This document shows, in pieces, positions 1 to 12,164 of a stretch of 64,000 bases of DNA. How positions within the stretch are numbered: the stretch's first letter is position 1; the number at the start of each line of letters is the position of its first letter. Both the position numbers and the translations under genes were made by a program. Source of the stretch: an uncultured Methanosarcinaceae archaeon (GTDB taxonomy: Archaea > Halobacteriota > Methanosarcinia > Methanosarcinales > Methanosarcinaceae); contig CAWHXP010000013.1 of the NCBI GenBank assembly GCA_963833425.1, forward strand, positions 64,001 to 128,000. The letters are read 5' to 3'. A model generated the notes under the pieces. That model saw nothing but the letters and a program-made list of their open reading frames with translations, was not told where the DNA came from and ran no database searches.

Positions 1-875
1 ACACCTTTTTCGAGCATCTTATGTACAGGTGCAATTCCAGAAGCCATTTTCATATTACTCACGACATTATGGGAAACATTGACTTCTCTTTTCCTCAAAA
101 TATCAATATCCCTGTCCGAAAGCCAGATACAGTGAGCTGCAAGCACGTCAGGGCCAAAAAATCCGATATCATCCAGTAGGTGTACTGAACATTTCCCGTA
201 CTTTTCCTTCATTAATACGAGTTCGGCTTCTGTTTCCAGTACATGGATATGAATTCCAACTCCATCCTTAGTAGCTTCTTCTCTAACCTTTGCGAGAAAA
301 TCCTCTGAGCACGTATTAGGAGCATGCGGCCCATACATTGTTTTTATTCTGCCGTCTGCTGCACCCTGCCATCTCCGGACAAAGCGTTTTCCTTCTTTAA
401 GGTCTGTTTCTCCTTTTTCTTTGTTCCAGAGCTCTACTAGGCCGTGAGAAAGCGAGGCTCGAAGTCCGGATAGCTCAACAGCTTTTGAAGTTTCGTCCAT
501 AAAAAAGTACATGTCTGCAAAAAAAGTAGTTCCTGACTTTATCATTTCCAGGCATGCAAGTAGGCTGCCTTTGTAGACATCTTCTGCTGTGAGCCTGGCT
601 TCAGCAGGCCATATATGTCCATTAAGCCATTCCGAAAGTTGCAGGTCGTCGGCATAACCTCGTAAAAGAGTCATTGCTGCGTGAGTATGTGTATTTACAA
701 GCCCAGGCATTACTACAGAATTTTTTGCATCAATCACTGTCTCTGCTCTTTCATTTGTCTTTTCCCCAACTGCCGTAATTCTATTGTCTTCAATAACAAT
801 GGTTCCGTTTTTAAGATCACCAAGATCTGGATCCATCGTTAAAATATAAGCATTTTTTATAATTATGTCAGCCAT
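1..875 (-). CDS. dadD: 5'-deoxyadenosine / MTA-SAH deaminase (amidohydrolase), 3' end runs off window
   Basis: Manual translation from ATG at 875: MADIIIKNAYILTMDPD...VMPGLVNTHTHAAMTLLRGYADDL, with the HxH metal motif and downstream GPHAPNTCS, IHIHVLET and AAHCIWL. Missing from the ORF track because it is truncated by the window edge. Confidence 0.9.
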   Translation of the reverse strand, partial: MADIIIKNAYILTMDPDLGDLKNGTIVIEDNRITAVGEKTNERAETVIDAKNSVVMPGLVNTHTHAAMTLLRGYADDLQLSEWLNGHIWPAEARLTAEDVYKGSLLACLEMIKSGTTFFADMYFFMDETSKAVELSGLRASLSHGLVELWNKEKGETDLKEGKRFVRRWQGAADGRIKTMYGPHAPNTCSEDFLAKVREEATKDGVGIHIHVLETEAELVLMKEKYGKCSVHLLDDIGFFGPDVLAAHCIWLSDRDIDILRKREVNVSHNVVSNMKMASGIAPVHKMLEKG

Positions 876-895
876 ATGATCATGTCCATCATGTA

Positions 896-1847
896 GTCAA
901 CTACCTGCCATTCAAGTAACAAATATGGATCTCCCTGATATATTATCCGTATAAGTGGTAAACAGACACACATGAAACTCTAAGATATACCGATAGTCTC
1001 ATGTTCTGTGTTCGATGTTTCTAGCGACATCAACTCGGCATTGAATTCAAAATTGCAAGTTTACACAGAAATTCAATCCATTTATTTTTAGAGATATGTT
1101 TACACCTGCAACAAGCCTTGGGAGTATAATTCTGGATCCACACATTCTGTTATTATACCAGAATTTTTTGTTTTTTACTCAACGAATTATTGTAATTGGT
1201 AAAAAGCCCAGTTATTATGGAGATATTTTTGTTTCTTTCTTAGATTGTTGTTAGTTATATTCCTTATTCAGGTTAAGTCTTCTAAATCTATTACAGAAAC
1301 ACCGTTTTCAACTCAAATTTTACGATTGCTTTGGAAATAAAATGATTAACGTTTGTCATAAGATGTTTCTCTCTTCCAGCTAAATGCTTTATCATCCTCT
1401 TCGCTTACAAATTCCCTTAGATTGTAATCTTGCTCTCATATTTTTGTATACGTTTCTTTTATTTTTCATTTCTCCACCGGCAAAAAACTTGCATTTCTTG
1501 TCAGTATTGGAAGCTACAGCTAAGAAATTTATGCATAGATCTATACTCATGAAAGTCGAAACTTCTTTTGTTCTCTTGTTTGGAGTTCTTGTGATACAGT
1601 AAGATGGAAATAATAATAATCATCTTTATGCTTTACGACTATAGAAGCTTCAAATTTTCAAGGAATTTTGAAGAATTGCTTTGCATCAGGATAATTACAG
1701 ATTTTATAGATTTTCCTACCATGACTAAAGGTAGTTATACAAACCAACTAGAAACTTAGTTCATACCATTTGCATATTTTTCATCTTCTCTACTAAATCA
1801 AAATCAACATCTATTATCCTCAATGGTATTATTTTAATAGATTTCAT
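896..1847 (-). pseudogene. tnpB: IS200/IS605-family TnpB relic with probable right end
   Basis: Broken frames give TFMSIDLCINFLAVAS (RuvC-I), NVNHFISKAIV, VIDLEDL (RuvC-II), NNWAFYQLQ, ECVDP..YSQ..CCRC (Zn ribbon) and FEFNAE (RuvC-III region). The minus strand ends GGCAGGTAGTTGAC at 896. Many stops and frameshifts plus an N-terminal deletion. Confidence 0.85.
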
Positions 1848-1985
1848 GATAAGTACATTCACATAAAAATAAATGTAACTTTCGTTTGAATTTTGTACTA
1901 AAACAGGGATTGAGAAAATCACGCATTCCTACCATATCTAAAGAATTAGAAATTTTGCTTCGATTCTTGAACTAAAGCTTATAAG

Positions 1986-2073
1986 AGAGAATTTCGATAA
2001 ATCCCTAAATTTCGTAATATTCTCATATGGCATATCAATATCCGTGAAAATCAGAAGTTTACCGAAATTCTCT
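1986..2073. mobile_element. ~88-bp MITE, IS5-type TIR family (copy 1)
   Basis: AGAGAATTTCGATAAA...TTTACCGAAATTCTCT inverted ends with 1 mismatch; five further copies in the window. Confidence 0.75.
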
Positions 2074-2527
2074 ATATTAGATAATTATTATCAATTTAAG
2101 TTCCCTCTGTTTTGTATGGGTAATTTGATCCATTTCCAAAATATGAGAACATCACTTTTAGAAATTCGAGATATCTGTTGTCTAAAAATACATTCAATCT
2201 CTGTGTTTATATTTTTGATCGGCTACTTTTAACTAAATATTTATTTTTACCACACAAAACAGCGATGAGCCATAATTATTAAAGATATATAGGATTTATG
2301 CACTTGAGGTACAAAATCAGATATAACCGTCACTGTTGTTTAAATTTAAACTTTTGGATCTTGAGAGGTTCAATGCTATTGATTTTTCAGTTCAACTAGT
2401 AAGTCTTAGATCTAAAAATGTAAATATCAGTAAGTGTGCATTCGCAGGATATTTGCATCAAAAAATTGACTGGCAAATTAATGACAGACGTTGTTGTTAA
2501 TCGGCAGGTGAATATATTTTGGCTTGA

Positions 2528-3451
2528 TCATTCAGTAACTGCACATGCAAAGTGCACATACTCAAGATGTCCATCCGGACGTTCTTGTAAGTAGCGTTCT
2601 TCGATATCTGCTGGACTCAAATTTTCGTGAAGACGAAATCCCAAAGTTGTGAGATTTTCAGCCAATCTTGATGGATTGAAGCCATCTGTCTTCATTTGTT
2701 CGTCTATTTTTTGCAAAAACTCCAGTGTTTTTTGCATTTGTGGAGATAATTTTTCGGGAGCAAGTGCATCGGTATCAAAATAATCAAAAACTATAGTACT
2801 ATCCACAGGGGCAACCTCGGTAATGGAACGTAGTGTTGCAAACACTTCTTCTTGGGTCAAGTAAGGGGTAACACCGAACCAGCTAAAGAAGCTTTTAACA
2901 TTTGGATTATAAGATGATGATCGAGTCAGTGATGTCACCAGACTTTCCTTCGTAAAATCTATAGGAACAAAGTGTAATTTTGCTGGATGTTTCCATCCCA
3001 ACTGAGCAATGCGAAGAAGTTTAAATTCTTGTGTGGCTGGATGGTCAACCTCAAACACTTCCAAGTGTTCCATCATTTCTGGTCGCCTAAATGCAAAGGT
3101 ATCCATCCCTGCCCCAAGGATCACATACTGCTTTACACCCTGCAGGACAGCTTTTTCAAGAGTTTCTTCAGTATATCGTGCACGGCTTATAACATTATTA
3201 ATTGCTTGCATAAAATGCGTTGAGGTGGTAATCTGGTCTGAGAGCGAGGTCGTATGCTTAGAATCGTTTAATTCTTTATTCAAATTCAAATAATATTCAA
3301 CCAAATGTTGTTCGATTATTGTTCTTTTTTCCTCTGGTATCAAATTATAGGCTAGAAAGTCATCAAAAATTTTTGAATTATCGTGCATGGAATGATAGGC
3401 ACGCATGTAGGCTACCATCATTGCAGTAAAGCTAGCTTGGTTATCTTTCAT
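2528..3451 (-). CDS. SAM-dependent methyltransferase (LCM / TIGR00027-like)
   Basis: N-terminal SFTAMMVAYMRA, QYVILGAGMDTFAFR motif I, VFEVDHPATQEFK. Confidence 0.9.
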   Translation of the reverse strand: MKDNQASFTAMMVAYMRAYHSMHDNSKIFDDFLAYNLIPEEKRTIIEQHLVEYYLNLNKELNDSKHTTSLSDQITTSTHFMQAINNVISRARYTEETLEKAVLQGVKQYVILGAGMDTFAFRRPEMMEHLEVFEVDHPATQEFKLLRIAQLGWKHPAKLHFVPIDFTKESLVTSLTRSSSYNPNVKSFFSWFGVTPYLTQEEVFATLRSITEVAPVDSTIVFDYFDTDALAPEKLSPQMQKTLEFLQKIDEQMKTDGFNPSRLAENLTTLGFRLHENLSPADIEERYLQERPDGHLEYVHFACAVTE

Positions 3452-4441
3452 TTGATAATCCCTTTTTTGCTATAGTATCTTAAAAACTGAAAATATTAAT
3501 CTCTTAAAAAAACCATATCTGTGTGGTATTTATGCATTTGAGGCACAAAATAGAGTGCAATCGACACTTTGATTTGAATTTATGTTTTAAATAAGTAAAA
3601 GATTAATTATATATTTTTCAGCTAAGCTGCTTAAGTCCTACAGTTTGCAAGTAATTACACTCAAGTAATCATTTATCACCTACTATTATATAATGATTTT
3701 GAGAATTTTTGCCCACTTTACGCAGATGTTTTCAAAAAAATAACATTTTTCATGCTATATTTTTTGAAGAAATATTTAAAAATCTTCTGTTATTGTCATG
3801 ACTTAACCACGGCGATTACAGAAAAAAACAGTAGCATAAAGCCGATTATTTTTTTAAAACATATATAGAAAGGGGCTTTAGGTATAGGCGGTTAAAATAC
3901 ATATGCAATAAATATAATGCTTTTATCCATTTTGTTCATTTTTCTGTGAGAACCTATGAATATAAAATTTTACTTTTATATTAGAATTTTAATTTTAAAA
4001 ACGTCTTTTTTTCATCAGCTTATCCTTTACCAGTTCTTCTTCAGGAATATCACTGGAATAACATAAAATTGGTTGTTATTATGAAAATAAACAATATTAC
4101 GTATTAACTTTATTTTAACATATCGCACTAATTATTTGATATTTCATAAAAAAAGCATTGTATAGAACACTTTATTTCAAAAAATGAAAAATATCAAAAA
4201 TCAAAGAATATAAGAGTATACCTTTTAATGGCATGAGAAAGCTGAGGCTTGAAGCCCTAGTATACTTTGTGATATATAGGCATCTGTCGATTTTCAAAAA
4301 CCATAAACCTATTAAAGTATTAATTAATGCTCTGCAAGTCATCACTTACTATCAAAAAACGTATAAATATACGCATTGGTAAATACAGGATAAAATATTT
4401 CAGGCGAACCCCATAAGGTGCTCTCCAGTTAAACTAGTAAA

Positions 4442-4631
4442 CCAAATTTGACATATTCTACCGATTGATACAGTACCTCGTGCAAAAATAGATTGTATTG
4501 GACAGAATCCATTTTGGAATGAAAATATCAAAAATAAAAAAATACAACGTTGAATTTTTAGTAATATTGGAAAATCAAGGACATAAAGCCCATTTAAACA
4601 TTACAAAGCGTATTTTTCTGTCAAATTTAGG
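4442..4631. mobile_element. Possible ~190-bp MITE; a degenerate sister copy lies at ~4185-4300
   Basis: Ends CCAAATTTGACA / TGTCAAATTTAGG; the internal GAAAATATCAAAAAT...CTGTC segment is repeated directly upstream. Confidence 0.4.
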
Positions 4632-4734
4632 TACCAACAGTAAAACTCAGAAATAACATTCGATTTATATACTCACATTTAATACAATTAATTTAACTGT
4701 CTGTCTGATATTACGGAATTATCAAGATAGAAAA

Positions 4735-5681
4735 GGGATTATAGAATCTGGAAACATGAAAGTGGAATAGTCAAGAAATCATATGCCAGTGCTTGCTACT
4801 GTAAGGGAGATATTTGAGAAAGAGAAAACCTAAAAGGGTTGAAGGTGGGGATGGCCCGTCACGAAAAAGCGAAAACTGCAGTCTTTGCAGAAACCCTAGC
4901 TTCAGTCGTTGCAAAGATATACGTCACTGATTGCAAATCCTTTAGAAATGCCTATAATTGCAGTAAATGACGCCATACTAATATCTTTTCGACAATCGAT
5001 GTGGTACAGGAAGTCAACTTGGGAAGTAATTAACGGACCACGAATCTCTTGGTTGCAGGCAAAAACGTTGTATAGTAGGTTATTGTTAGTGCAGGCATGG
5101 GGTTGCAATGCTAGCTGCAGGCCTCGGAGTAAATGTAATAGTTACTGAAATAGACCATATAAGAGCTTTAGAAACCAGAATGGATGATACAGTGTACGAA
5201 AATGGTAGAAGCCACAAAATTAGATGATATCTTTGTTACTACCACCGGAAACCGCGATATCCTCACAACTGAATATTTCCAGATTATAAAGGAGGTAACA
5301 ATTCTTACAACTCCGGACGCTTCAATGTGGAAATAGGTTTAGAAGCTCTCGCTTCTCTTTAAAAGTCAGTTCGAACCATCAGGCAAAATATTAAGGAACA
5401 TATGTCAATAACCGATGTATCAATGTTATATCTGAAGGAAGACAGTTAATTTGGCTGCAGGTGATGGACACCCTACCGAGTTTACGGATATGAGATTTAC
5501 AAATCAAGCTCTATGTGTACGCTATATTGCTGAAAACAAACTCCACAACTGAGTACTCAAAGTGCCTCATGTACTAGATATGTAAGTAGCAAAGATCAAA
5601 CTTGCATCCATGGTCATAATAATTGATGAACTTACAGCAGTATATGAATTTTATTTGAGCAGCTGGGAGTGTGGGACATAA
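4735..5681 (+). pseudogene. ahcY: Adenosylhomocysteinase / S-inosylhomocysteine hydrolase, heavily decayed
   Basis: Fragments across frames: IESGNMKVE*SRNHMPVL, KGLKVGMA, AKTAVFAETLAS, LEMPIIAVNDA, NLLVAGKNVV, GVNVIVTEIDHIRALE, IFVTTTGNRDIL, NLAAGDGHPTE, NQALCVRYIAENK, SWECGT* (stop 5679-5681). Large internal deletion and many frameshifts. Confidence 0.92.
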
Positions 5682-6038
5682 TTTAGAAACAAAAAAGTAT
5701 AAAATATTTTTAGTAATTTTCCGGTGCATTTTATGCAGTAAGTATGAATACATTTCTACTCTGGAAACGTGAAAATGTATGATGGACTTCAATTAAAACA
5801 AAGAAAATTATTCAGCCTATGCAAAACATTATCAATCGTTATCTTTATTAAGAGTGAATTGGCAAATTTAAGTGAGCTTATTTTCTTTAATTGTTGGTTG
5901 ATGATCATATCATATCTTTTACATTAAAACAATGTCAATAGATCTATTTTAAGTAAGCTAAATAATTACGGACAAAGTAAAATAAGATCTCAAAATACTC
6001 TAAAAAAGCATGTTAACTTCAAAAAAAAGTTGATCCAA

Positions 6039-7235
6039 ATGACTCGAAATATTAAAGTGGAAGAGCTCTTTCAAACCCCGATCGAGAAACAACGAATAGA
6101 GCTTGTAGAACGCAAAGGTATCGGGCATCCTGATAGCATATCAGACGGATTGGCAGAAGCCGTAAGCCGCGCACTATGCCGAGAATACAGCAGCAAATGT
6201 GGGACTGTACTCCACCACAACACCGATGAAACGCAGATTGTAGCTGGAAGGTCATGTCCCAGATTCGGGGGCGGAGAAGTACTGCAACCGATTTATATTC
6301 TACTTGTGGGTAGAGCCACAAAAGAGTTTGAAGGTGTCGAACTTGCTACTGAGTCTGTAGCCATTCAAGCTGCGAGGAGATACCTTAAGAACACTCTTGT
6401 GAATATTGATCTTGAGAGGGACATAATAATGGACTGCAAACTCGGAACAGGGTCCTCAGACCTGATGGATGTATTCAAGAGAGACAGAGTTCCGCTTGCA
6501 AATGACACTTCTTTCGGTGTTGGACATGCTCCGTTTTCTGAGCTTGAACATCTTGTATACAATACAGAAAGGCAACTTCTCACAGACCTGAAATCTAGCA
6601 TTCCTGGAATCGGAGAGGATATGAAGATCATGGGACTTCGGGATGGAGAGGACATAACACTTACAATAGCCAGTGGCATGATTGGGAAATATATTGACGA
6701 TTTAAATGGTTATATAAACATGACTGAAGAGATGAAATGTTATGTAGAAGAGCTTGCAGCTCACTATACTGAACGCAACGTGAAAGTTTACATTAACACC
6801 GCAGACGATTTGAAAAAAGGCAGCGTTTTCCTGACAGTCACTGGAACTTCAGCTGAGATGGGAGATGATGGTTCAGTGGGGCGTGGAAACCGTTGTAATG
6901 GGTTGATTACACCAAATAGACCTATGAGTATGGAAGCAACAAGCGGAAAGAATCCTATCAACCATATAGGGAAAATCTACAACCTTCTATCGACTCAGAT
7001 ATCTCGTGATATTGTAAAAAAAGTCTCAGACGTACAGGAAGTATATGTTAAACTGCTTTCTCAGATAGGAAAACCCATTGATAAGCCACTTGTGGCAAGC
7101 GCTCAGATTATTCCCAAAGAGGGTACATCTTTTGAAAAGGTTAAAGCTGAAACCGAAGTTGTAATTGATGATTGGTTTTCCAACGTGACAAAGATTACCG
7201 AAATGGTGATTAAAGGCGATTTGAATACTTTCTAA
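6039..7235 (+). CDS. mat: Archaeal S-adenosylmethionine synthetase
   Basis: [66 protein letters not shown] 6039 preferred over TTG 6030. Confidence 0.96.
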   Translation: MTRNIKVEELFQTPIEKQRIELVERKGIGHPDSISDGLAEAVSRALCREYSSKCGTVLHHNTDETQIVAGRSCPRFGGGEVLQPIYILLVGRATKEFEGVELATESVAIQAARRYLKNTLVNIDLERDIIMDCKLGTGSSDLMDVFKRDRVPLANDTSFGVGHAPFSELEHLVYNTERQLLTDLKSSIPGIGEDMKIMGLRDGEDITLTIASGMIGKYIDDLNGYINMTEEMKCYVEELAAHYTERNVKVYINTADDLKKGSVFLTVTGTSAEMGDDGSVGRGNRCNGLITPNRPMSMEATSGKNPINHIGKIYNLLSTQISRDIVKKVSDVQEVYVKLLSQIGKPIDKPLVASAQIIPKEGTSFEKVKAETEVVIDDWFSNVTKITEMVIKGDLNTF

Positions 7236-7289
7236 ACAAGACAAATTATTGTAGAGAAAAACTTTCGAGTTCTTTTCTTATGGAGCTTT

Positions 7290-8561
7290 ATGTTTACGAT
7301 AATCACAGGTGCGCAATTTGGTGACGAGGGAAAAGGCAAGATTGTAGATATGATTGCAAAAGATTATGACATTGTTGCCCGTTTTCAGGGAGGAAATAAT
7401 GCAGGTCATACGGTCAAGGTAGGAGACAATATCTACAAATTGCATCTAATCCCTTCTGGTATTCTGCTTAATGCCAGAGTTCTTATTGGGCCTGGAGTTG
7501 CCCTGAACCCGGAGATCCTAGCCGAAGAAATCATGATGTTTGAGAAGCATGGCATAAAGGTAGATACTAGAAAACTCGGCATAGATGCGAAAACAAGTGT
7601 AATTATGCCCTATCATATTGAAATGGATAGGCTAAGAGAAGCATCTAGGGAACAAAAAATAGGAACTACAAAACGTGGAATCGGCTATGCATACATAGAT
7701 AAAGTATCGCGGGACGAGATCCGCATGGCTGAGCTTATAAACAATAAACGTTTTTTAAAGAGACTTCAGGAACTTGCCCCTCAAAAGGAAAGAGAAATCG
7801 CAGCAATGGGAGGAGATCCGAAGATAGTAATGGACCCTACTCTAATAGAAAGATATATCGAACTTGGTAAGCAGTTTACAATTTATATTACTGATGTTTC
7901 CATGGAAATAAACGAAGCTCTTGACGAAGGAAAACATGTAATGGCTGAAGCTGCTCAGGGCACTCATTTAGATATCATACATGGAACCCAAAAATTCGTA
8001 ACATCTTCCTCTACAATCGCGGGCTCTGCCTGTGTCAACCTTGGAGTAGGTCCTACAAGAGTGGACAACGTGATAGCTATAGTGAAAGCTTATATTACAA
8101 GAGTAGGGGAAGGCCCATTACCTACAGAGCTTACAGGGGAACTGGGTGAAAAGATACAAAAAGCTGGGCACGAATTCGGAACCACTACCGGCAGAAGCAG
8201 AAGATGTGGATGGTTTGATCTACCCCTTATGAAAAAATCAATTGCTCTTAATGGATATACGGAAATTTCTCTAACCAAATTGGATGTATTGACAGGCATT
8301 AACCCGATTAGGATCTGTGTTTGCTACAATTACAAGGGAGAAAATGTGGATTACCCTCTTGAACTCACAGATGATCTATTGGAATGTAAGCCTGTCTACG
8401 AAGACCTCCCTGGCTGGGAAAAAGACCTTACTGTGATAAAAACTTTTAATGAACTTCCGGAAAATGCCAGAAGTTATGTCAAAAGATTAGAAGAATTAAT
8501 GAAGGTATCTATCAATTATATTTCAGTAGGTCCGGACAGAGCACAAACCTTTAGAAAATAA
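7290..8561 (+). CDS. purA: Adenylosuccinate synthetase
   Basis: GAQFGDEGKGK, RFQGGNNAGHT, EFGTTTGRSRRCGWFD, TKLDVL. Confidence 0.97.
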   Translation: MFTIITGAQFGDEGKGKIVDMIAKDYDIVARFQGGNNAGHTVKVGDNIYKLHLIPSGILLNARVLIGPGVALNPEILAEEIMMFEKHGIKVDTRKLGIDAKTSVIMPYHIEMDRLREASREQKIGTTKRGIGYAYIDKVSRDEIRMAELINNKRFLKRLQELAPQKEREIAAMGGDPKIVMDPTLIERYIELGKQFTIYITDVSMEINEALDEGKHVMAEAAQGTHLDIIHGTQKFVTSSSTIAGSACVNLGVGPTRVDNVIAIVKAYITRVGEGPLPTELTGELGEKIQKAGHEFGTTTGRSRRCGWFDLPLMKKSIALNGYTEISLTKLDVLTGINPIRICVCYNYKGENVDYPLELTDDLLECKPVYEDLPGWEKDLTVIKTFNELPENARSYVKRLEELMKVSINYISVGPDRAQTFRK

Positions 8562-9052
8562 TATTTTATTGGACTTATGCGGCCGAGCTTAGAAATCAAT
8601 AACATTAAACATTTAGCTGTATAAAACATAAATTTGACCATAATGTATGAGAAGTATTATGTTGTTCCTTAAGTGGGCAACCCTATCAAATTTTGATCAC
8701 TTAAAACAGCATTCAGTAGAATATTTTGCTCATAGAGAAGCATAAATATTCGGTATAAATAAAGATTGATGAATTTGTACCGATTTCTTTTGATTTACAA
8801 AAAAATACTTTGGTCCTTGCAGTTATAGGATTCATAATATCAAGGGCAAGTAAATTAAATGAAAGAAAATTCATTTTATTCGGTTAAGAACCAATCTTTA
8901 AGGAATATATTACTTTTGATGCATTTTCTGTAAACCTATAAATGCAAATCGCAATAAGTGGATAAGTGCAATAGTCATTTTAAAATTAATAGATTCCTCA
9001 ACCGGATACAAATGAATTCAGAAAAATAGACCCACGGAACAGAGGAAACTAC

Positions 9053-9964
9053 ATGGACCGAGTAATTTCTATAGTTGGGCACACTGCCCTTGATTACATC
9101 GTAAATGTTGAAAAAATAGCAGGGAAAAACGAATCTTCTCCTATCATTGATTACGAAGAATACCCAGGTGGAGGAGCCGCCAACATTGCAGTTGCCATCG
9201 AAAGACTGGGAGGAAAAAGCCAGTTAATTTCTCCTGTAGGTGTGGATTTTGCAAGTTCAGGATACGAAAAACTTTTTATAGAGTCCCACGTAGACCTCTC
9301 CTGCCTCTATAGGCTTGAAGACCAGAAAATTTCCAAGGCGTTCATTTTTACGGATAAAGATAACAACCAAACAACCTATTTTTACTGGGGAGCTTCTTCA
9401 AAATTCAAAGAACTGGAACCAAAACCTGTGGATTTTGTCCATTTAGCAACTGCAGATCCCGTATACAACGCAAAAATCGCACAAATAGCTGATTTCGTAT
9501 CCTTTGATCCGGGCCAGGACCTTGTTACATATTCAAAAGAGAAACTTGACATCATTCTTGCTTACACTAATATCCTCTTTGCTAACCGACACGAAATCAA
9601 GCGGGTCTTGGAGATCACCGGAAAAAGCTTTTCTGAACTCAAAACCAGAATCGACATCATCGTAGTTACATGCGATACAAAGGGTAGCAGAATCTACATG
9701 TGTGAAGAAGAATTCTCAATTCCAGTGATTTCTGTTGAAGCCGTGGACCCGACAGGGGCAGGAGACGCTTACAGAGCAGGATTTTTGCTAGCTTTTACTA
9801 GAGGATACTCTTTGTCCATATGCGGAAAAGTTGGGTCAACTGTAGCTTCTTTTGTCGTACAGACACGGGGCTGCCAGACGGGACTTCCAACATGGGACGA
9901 AATGAAAAGCCGTTACGAAGCCAATTTTGGAAAGCTTGAGAAGGGGACTGAGGTTTCAAATTAG
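9053..9964 (+). CDS. PfkB/ribokinase-family carbohydrate or nucleoside kinase
   Basis: PGGGAANIAVAI and VDPTGAGDAYRAGF PfkB signatures. Confidence 0.92.
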   Translation: MDRVISIVGHTALDYIVNVEKIAGKNESSPIIDYEEYPGGGAANIAVAIERLGGKSQLISPVGVDFASSGYEKLFIESHVDLSCLYRLEDQKISKAFIFTDKDNNQTTYFYWGASSKFKELEPKPVDFVHLATADPVYNAKIAQIADFVSFDPGQDLVTYSKEKLDIILAYTNILFANRHEIKRVLEITGKSFSELKTRIDIIVVTCDTKGSRIYMCEEEFSIPVISVEAVDPTGAGDAYRAGFLLAFTRGYSLSICGKVGSTVASFVVQTRGCQTGLPTWDEMKSRYEANFGKLEKGTEVSN

Positions 9965-10123
9965 GAGTTCACAGCTGAAAAAAATACAAAGTATATAGTA
10001 CATCATCTGTACTCAATTAAGGAATCTGGTACCTTTAAAATAGCTACTTAAATAATCCATTCATTTCGATTTACATTTTAGAGGTTTACAAAAAACATAG
10101 CAAAAGTGACACATTTATTATAT

Positions 10124-10210
10124 AAGATTTCAATAAGCTCCTAAATTTTGTCATATGCTTATAAATGACATATAAATGCTTCGTGGAATCAGAAGTTTAT
10201 CGAAATACTT
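10124..10210. mobile_element. ~88-bp MITE, IS5-type TIR family (copy 2)
   Basis: AAGATTTCAATAAG...CGTGGAATCAGAAGTTTATCGAAATACTT, aligns with 1986-2073. Confidence 0.7.
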
Positions 10211-11454
10211 CACAGAATGTAACTTAACCAAATACAAATGCATCAAATAATCATAAGTCATCGATTATATCATTCTCCACCTACTTTTGAAAACTTTCTT
10301 CAGAAAATATTTGCTAAATAATGTTTGAGAAAAAAAGCTAAGAGGCGGATCTGAGAATATGTGAAGTTAAATTGATCATTTCATCATCTTTTGGATTTTA
10401 ATTCCTAGTTTTCATGTACACTCAAGCATACGCTTGTAATTTAAAAAGAAAAGATGAAAAATGCAAATGACACCGTAAGCAACAGTGCTGATGTTACCAT
10501 TTAACTTAATAATTTATTGAATTTCTTCATCAATGTGTTACCCATTTCATAGAAAAATTTACAAAAAACCGGCAAAAAACAATAATAAATATAATTATAT
10601 ATTAAAGGTTTTGCGACACCCTTAATGAGAAGACCTTAAATAGAGTCGCATGTGGCTCGCATTGCAGCTCATGAGATTAACTTTTTGACATCTTTGAATT
10701 AACGCTATTATTTCTTTGCAATCCTATCAAAGTTGAAATAAACACAATTCTTAGCTGAATATTCGATTTTAGACCATCTTATGAATTTGGATTCCATTAT
10801 CACGAAAAAAATGAATATCCATAATAATGCTACTGTCGCTTTTTAGAAATATATAAACAAAAATGCTGTCTTTTTAGATATTTCTCGGTATTATTTTCAT
10901 AATCTTTCCGGTGAGAACAGTTAACAATAATAGCAATTGTGCCCACTGTAACAAGCAGAGATTACAGGGTTAAAATGCGATAGTGTAACAGGAATTATGC
11001 CTGCTAAAATAGGTCTTCTTGGATCTGTTACAGGTTCATTATTGATTTAATCGCATTTATTACAATTTTAAATCTATCCGGATTGAAAAACTAGTAAAAA
11101 AGAAGAGGAGCATCTATAAATAAAAAATAGTTTAATGGATATCTAGCTCCACAAAATAGAAGAATAATTGGCAAATTCTTTATGACAATACTATTATTTA
11201 TGAACAATATATATGTACATATGTAAATAAATAATAATATTTCTGATTGATAGATATGCGCATCATTTTTTAATTTTCAAGTTGGCCTTATTGAGGAGTA
11301 TTACCATATTTAAAAAGGAAAAAAGTTATGATAATTAAACAAAAGTTGTGTAAAATAACCTTAATTTCAACAGCTATAATTTTAATCTTGGTGAATATTG
11401 CAAATTGAGGACCATATACATATATTACGAACTCTGGCAGCAATCTTATTTAAT

Positions 11455-11790
11455 TTAGAGCCTATCTTTGATTCGGCTATTTGTTGAATAGGACACTAGA
11501 AATTCATAACTACCTCCAGAATCAAAGTTGTTGACAGCGAGTTTTCAAATATCCTATTCTAACCTGTAAGAATTAATGGACCTATTTTTATTGTTTCATT
11601 AGGAAACAGTTTCTGTCACTTTTGCACCTTTAAAGTATTCAAAAATCTCGATATAATCATTATTTACTTCGGGAATATCATTTCAAAAGAGTAAATTGTA
11701 GACCGATTTTTACATGACTTTTGGATTTGATCTGCCCATGTTTCATGGACTACACTATACTGCTAGGCTATTTCCATCAAAGATATGCAA
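11455..11790 (-). pseudogene. aglB: C-terminal fragment of oligosaccharyltransferase AglB
   Basis: Fragments HIFDGNSL, VHETWADQIQ, IPEVNNDYIEIFEYFKGAKVT, PNETIK, DSGGSYEFLVSYST resemble the Methanosarcina AglB C-terminus; stops and frameshifts. Confidence 0.65.
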
Positions 11791-12164
11791 ATTTTACTGC
11801 TTTCTTCTGTAAACCTAAAAATGTAAATCGAGATTAATAGATTATTGCGGCATTCATTTTTATATGAGCAGATTTTTTTAACCGAATAAATTTAGGTTCT
11901 ATGGAATTAATTATTCAATGTTGTTGATTTGTTTCAACCCAACTACAGAAGTCCTATTCCATTTATTTTGTGAAGACACACTAGTATCTATTTAATATGA
12001 AATAACTTTATTTACGCAAACATAGATATATATCTACAAATGTTATTTTTATTAAGCTAACTTTAAAATTTACTGACTGATGAGAAATCAAAAATCGCCA
12101 AATGTCGTAATTTAGCCTATCATTCAGTAAAACTATCACAATAATACTCAAAAGATGGTGCCTT

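Noticed and set aside
1384..1602. 72-aa hydrophobic ORF
   Set aside because: Antisense to the TnpB relic.
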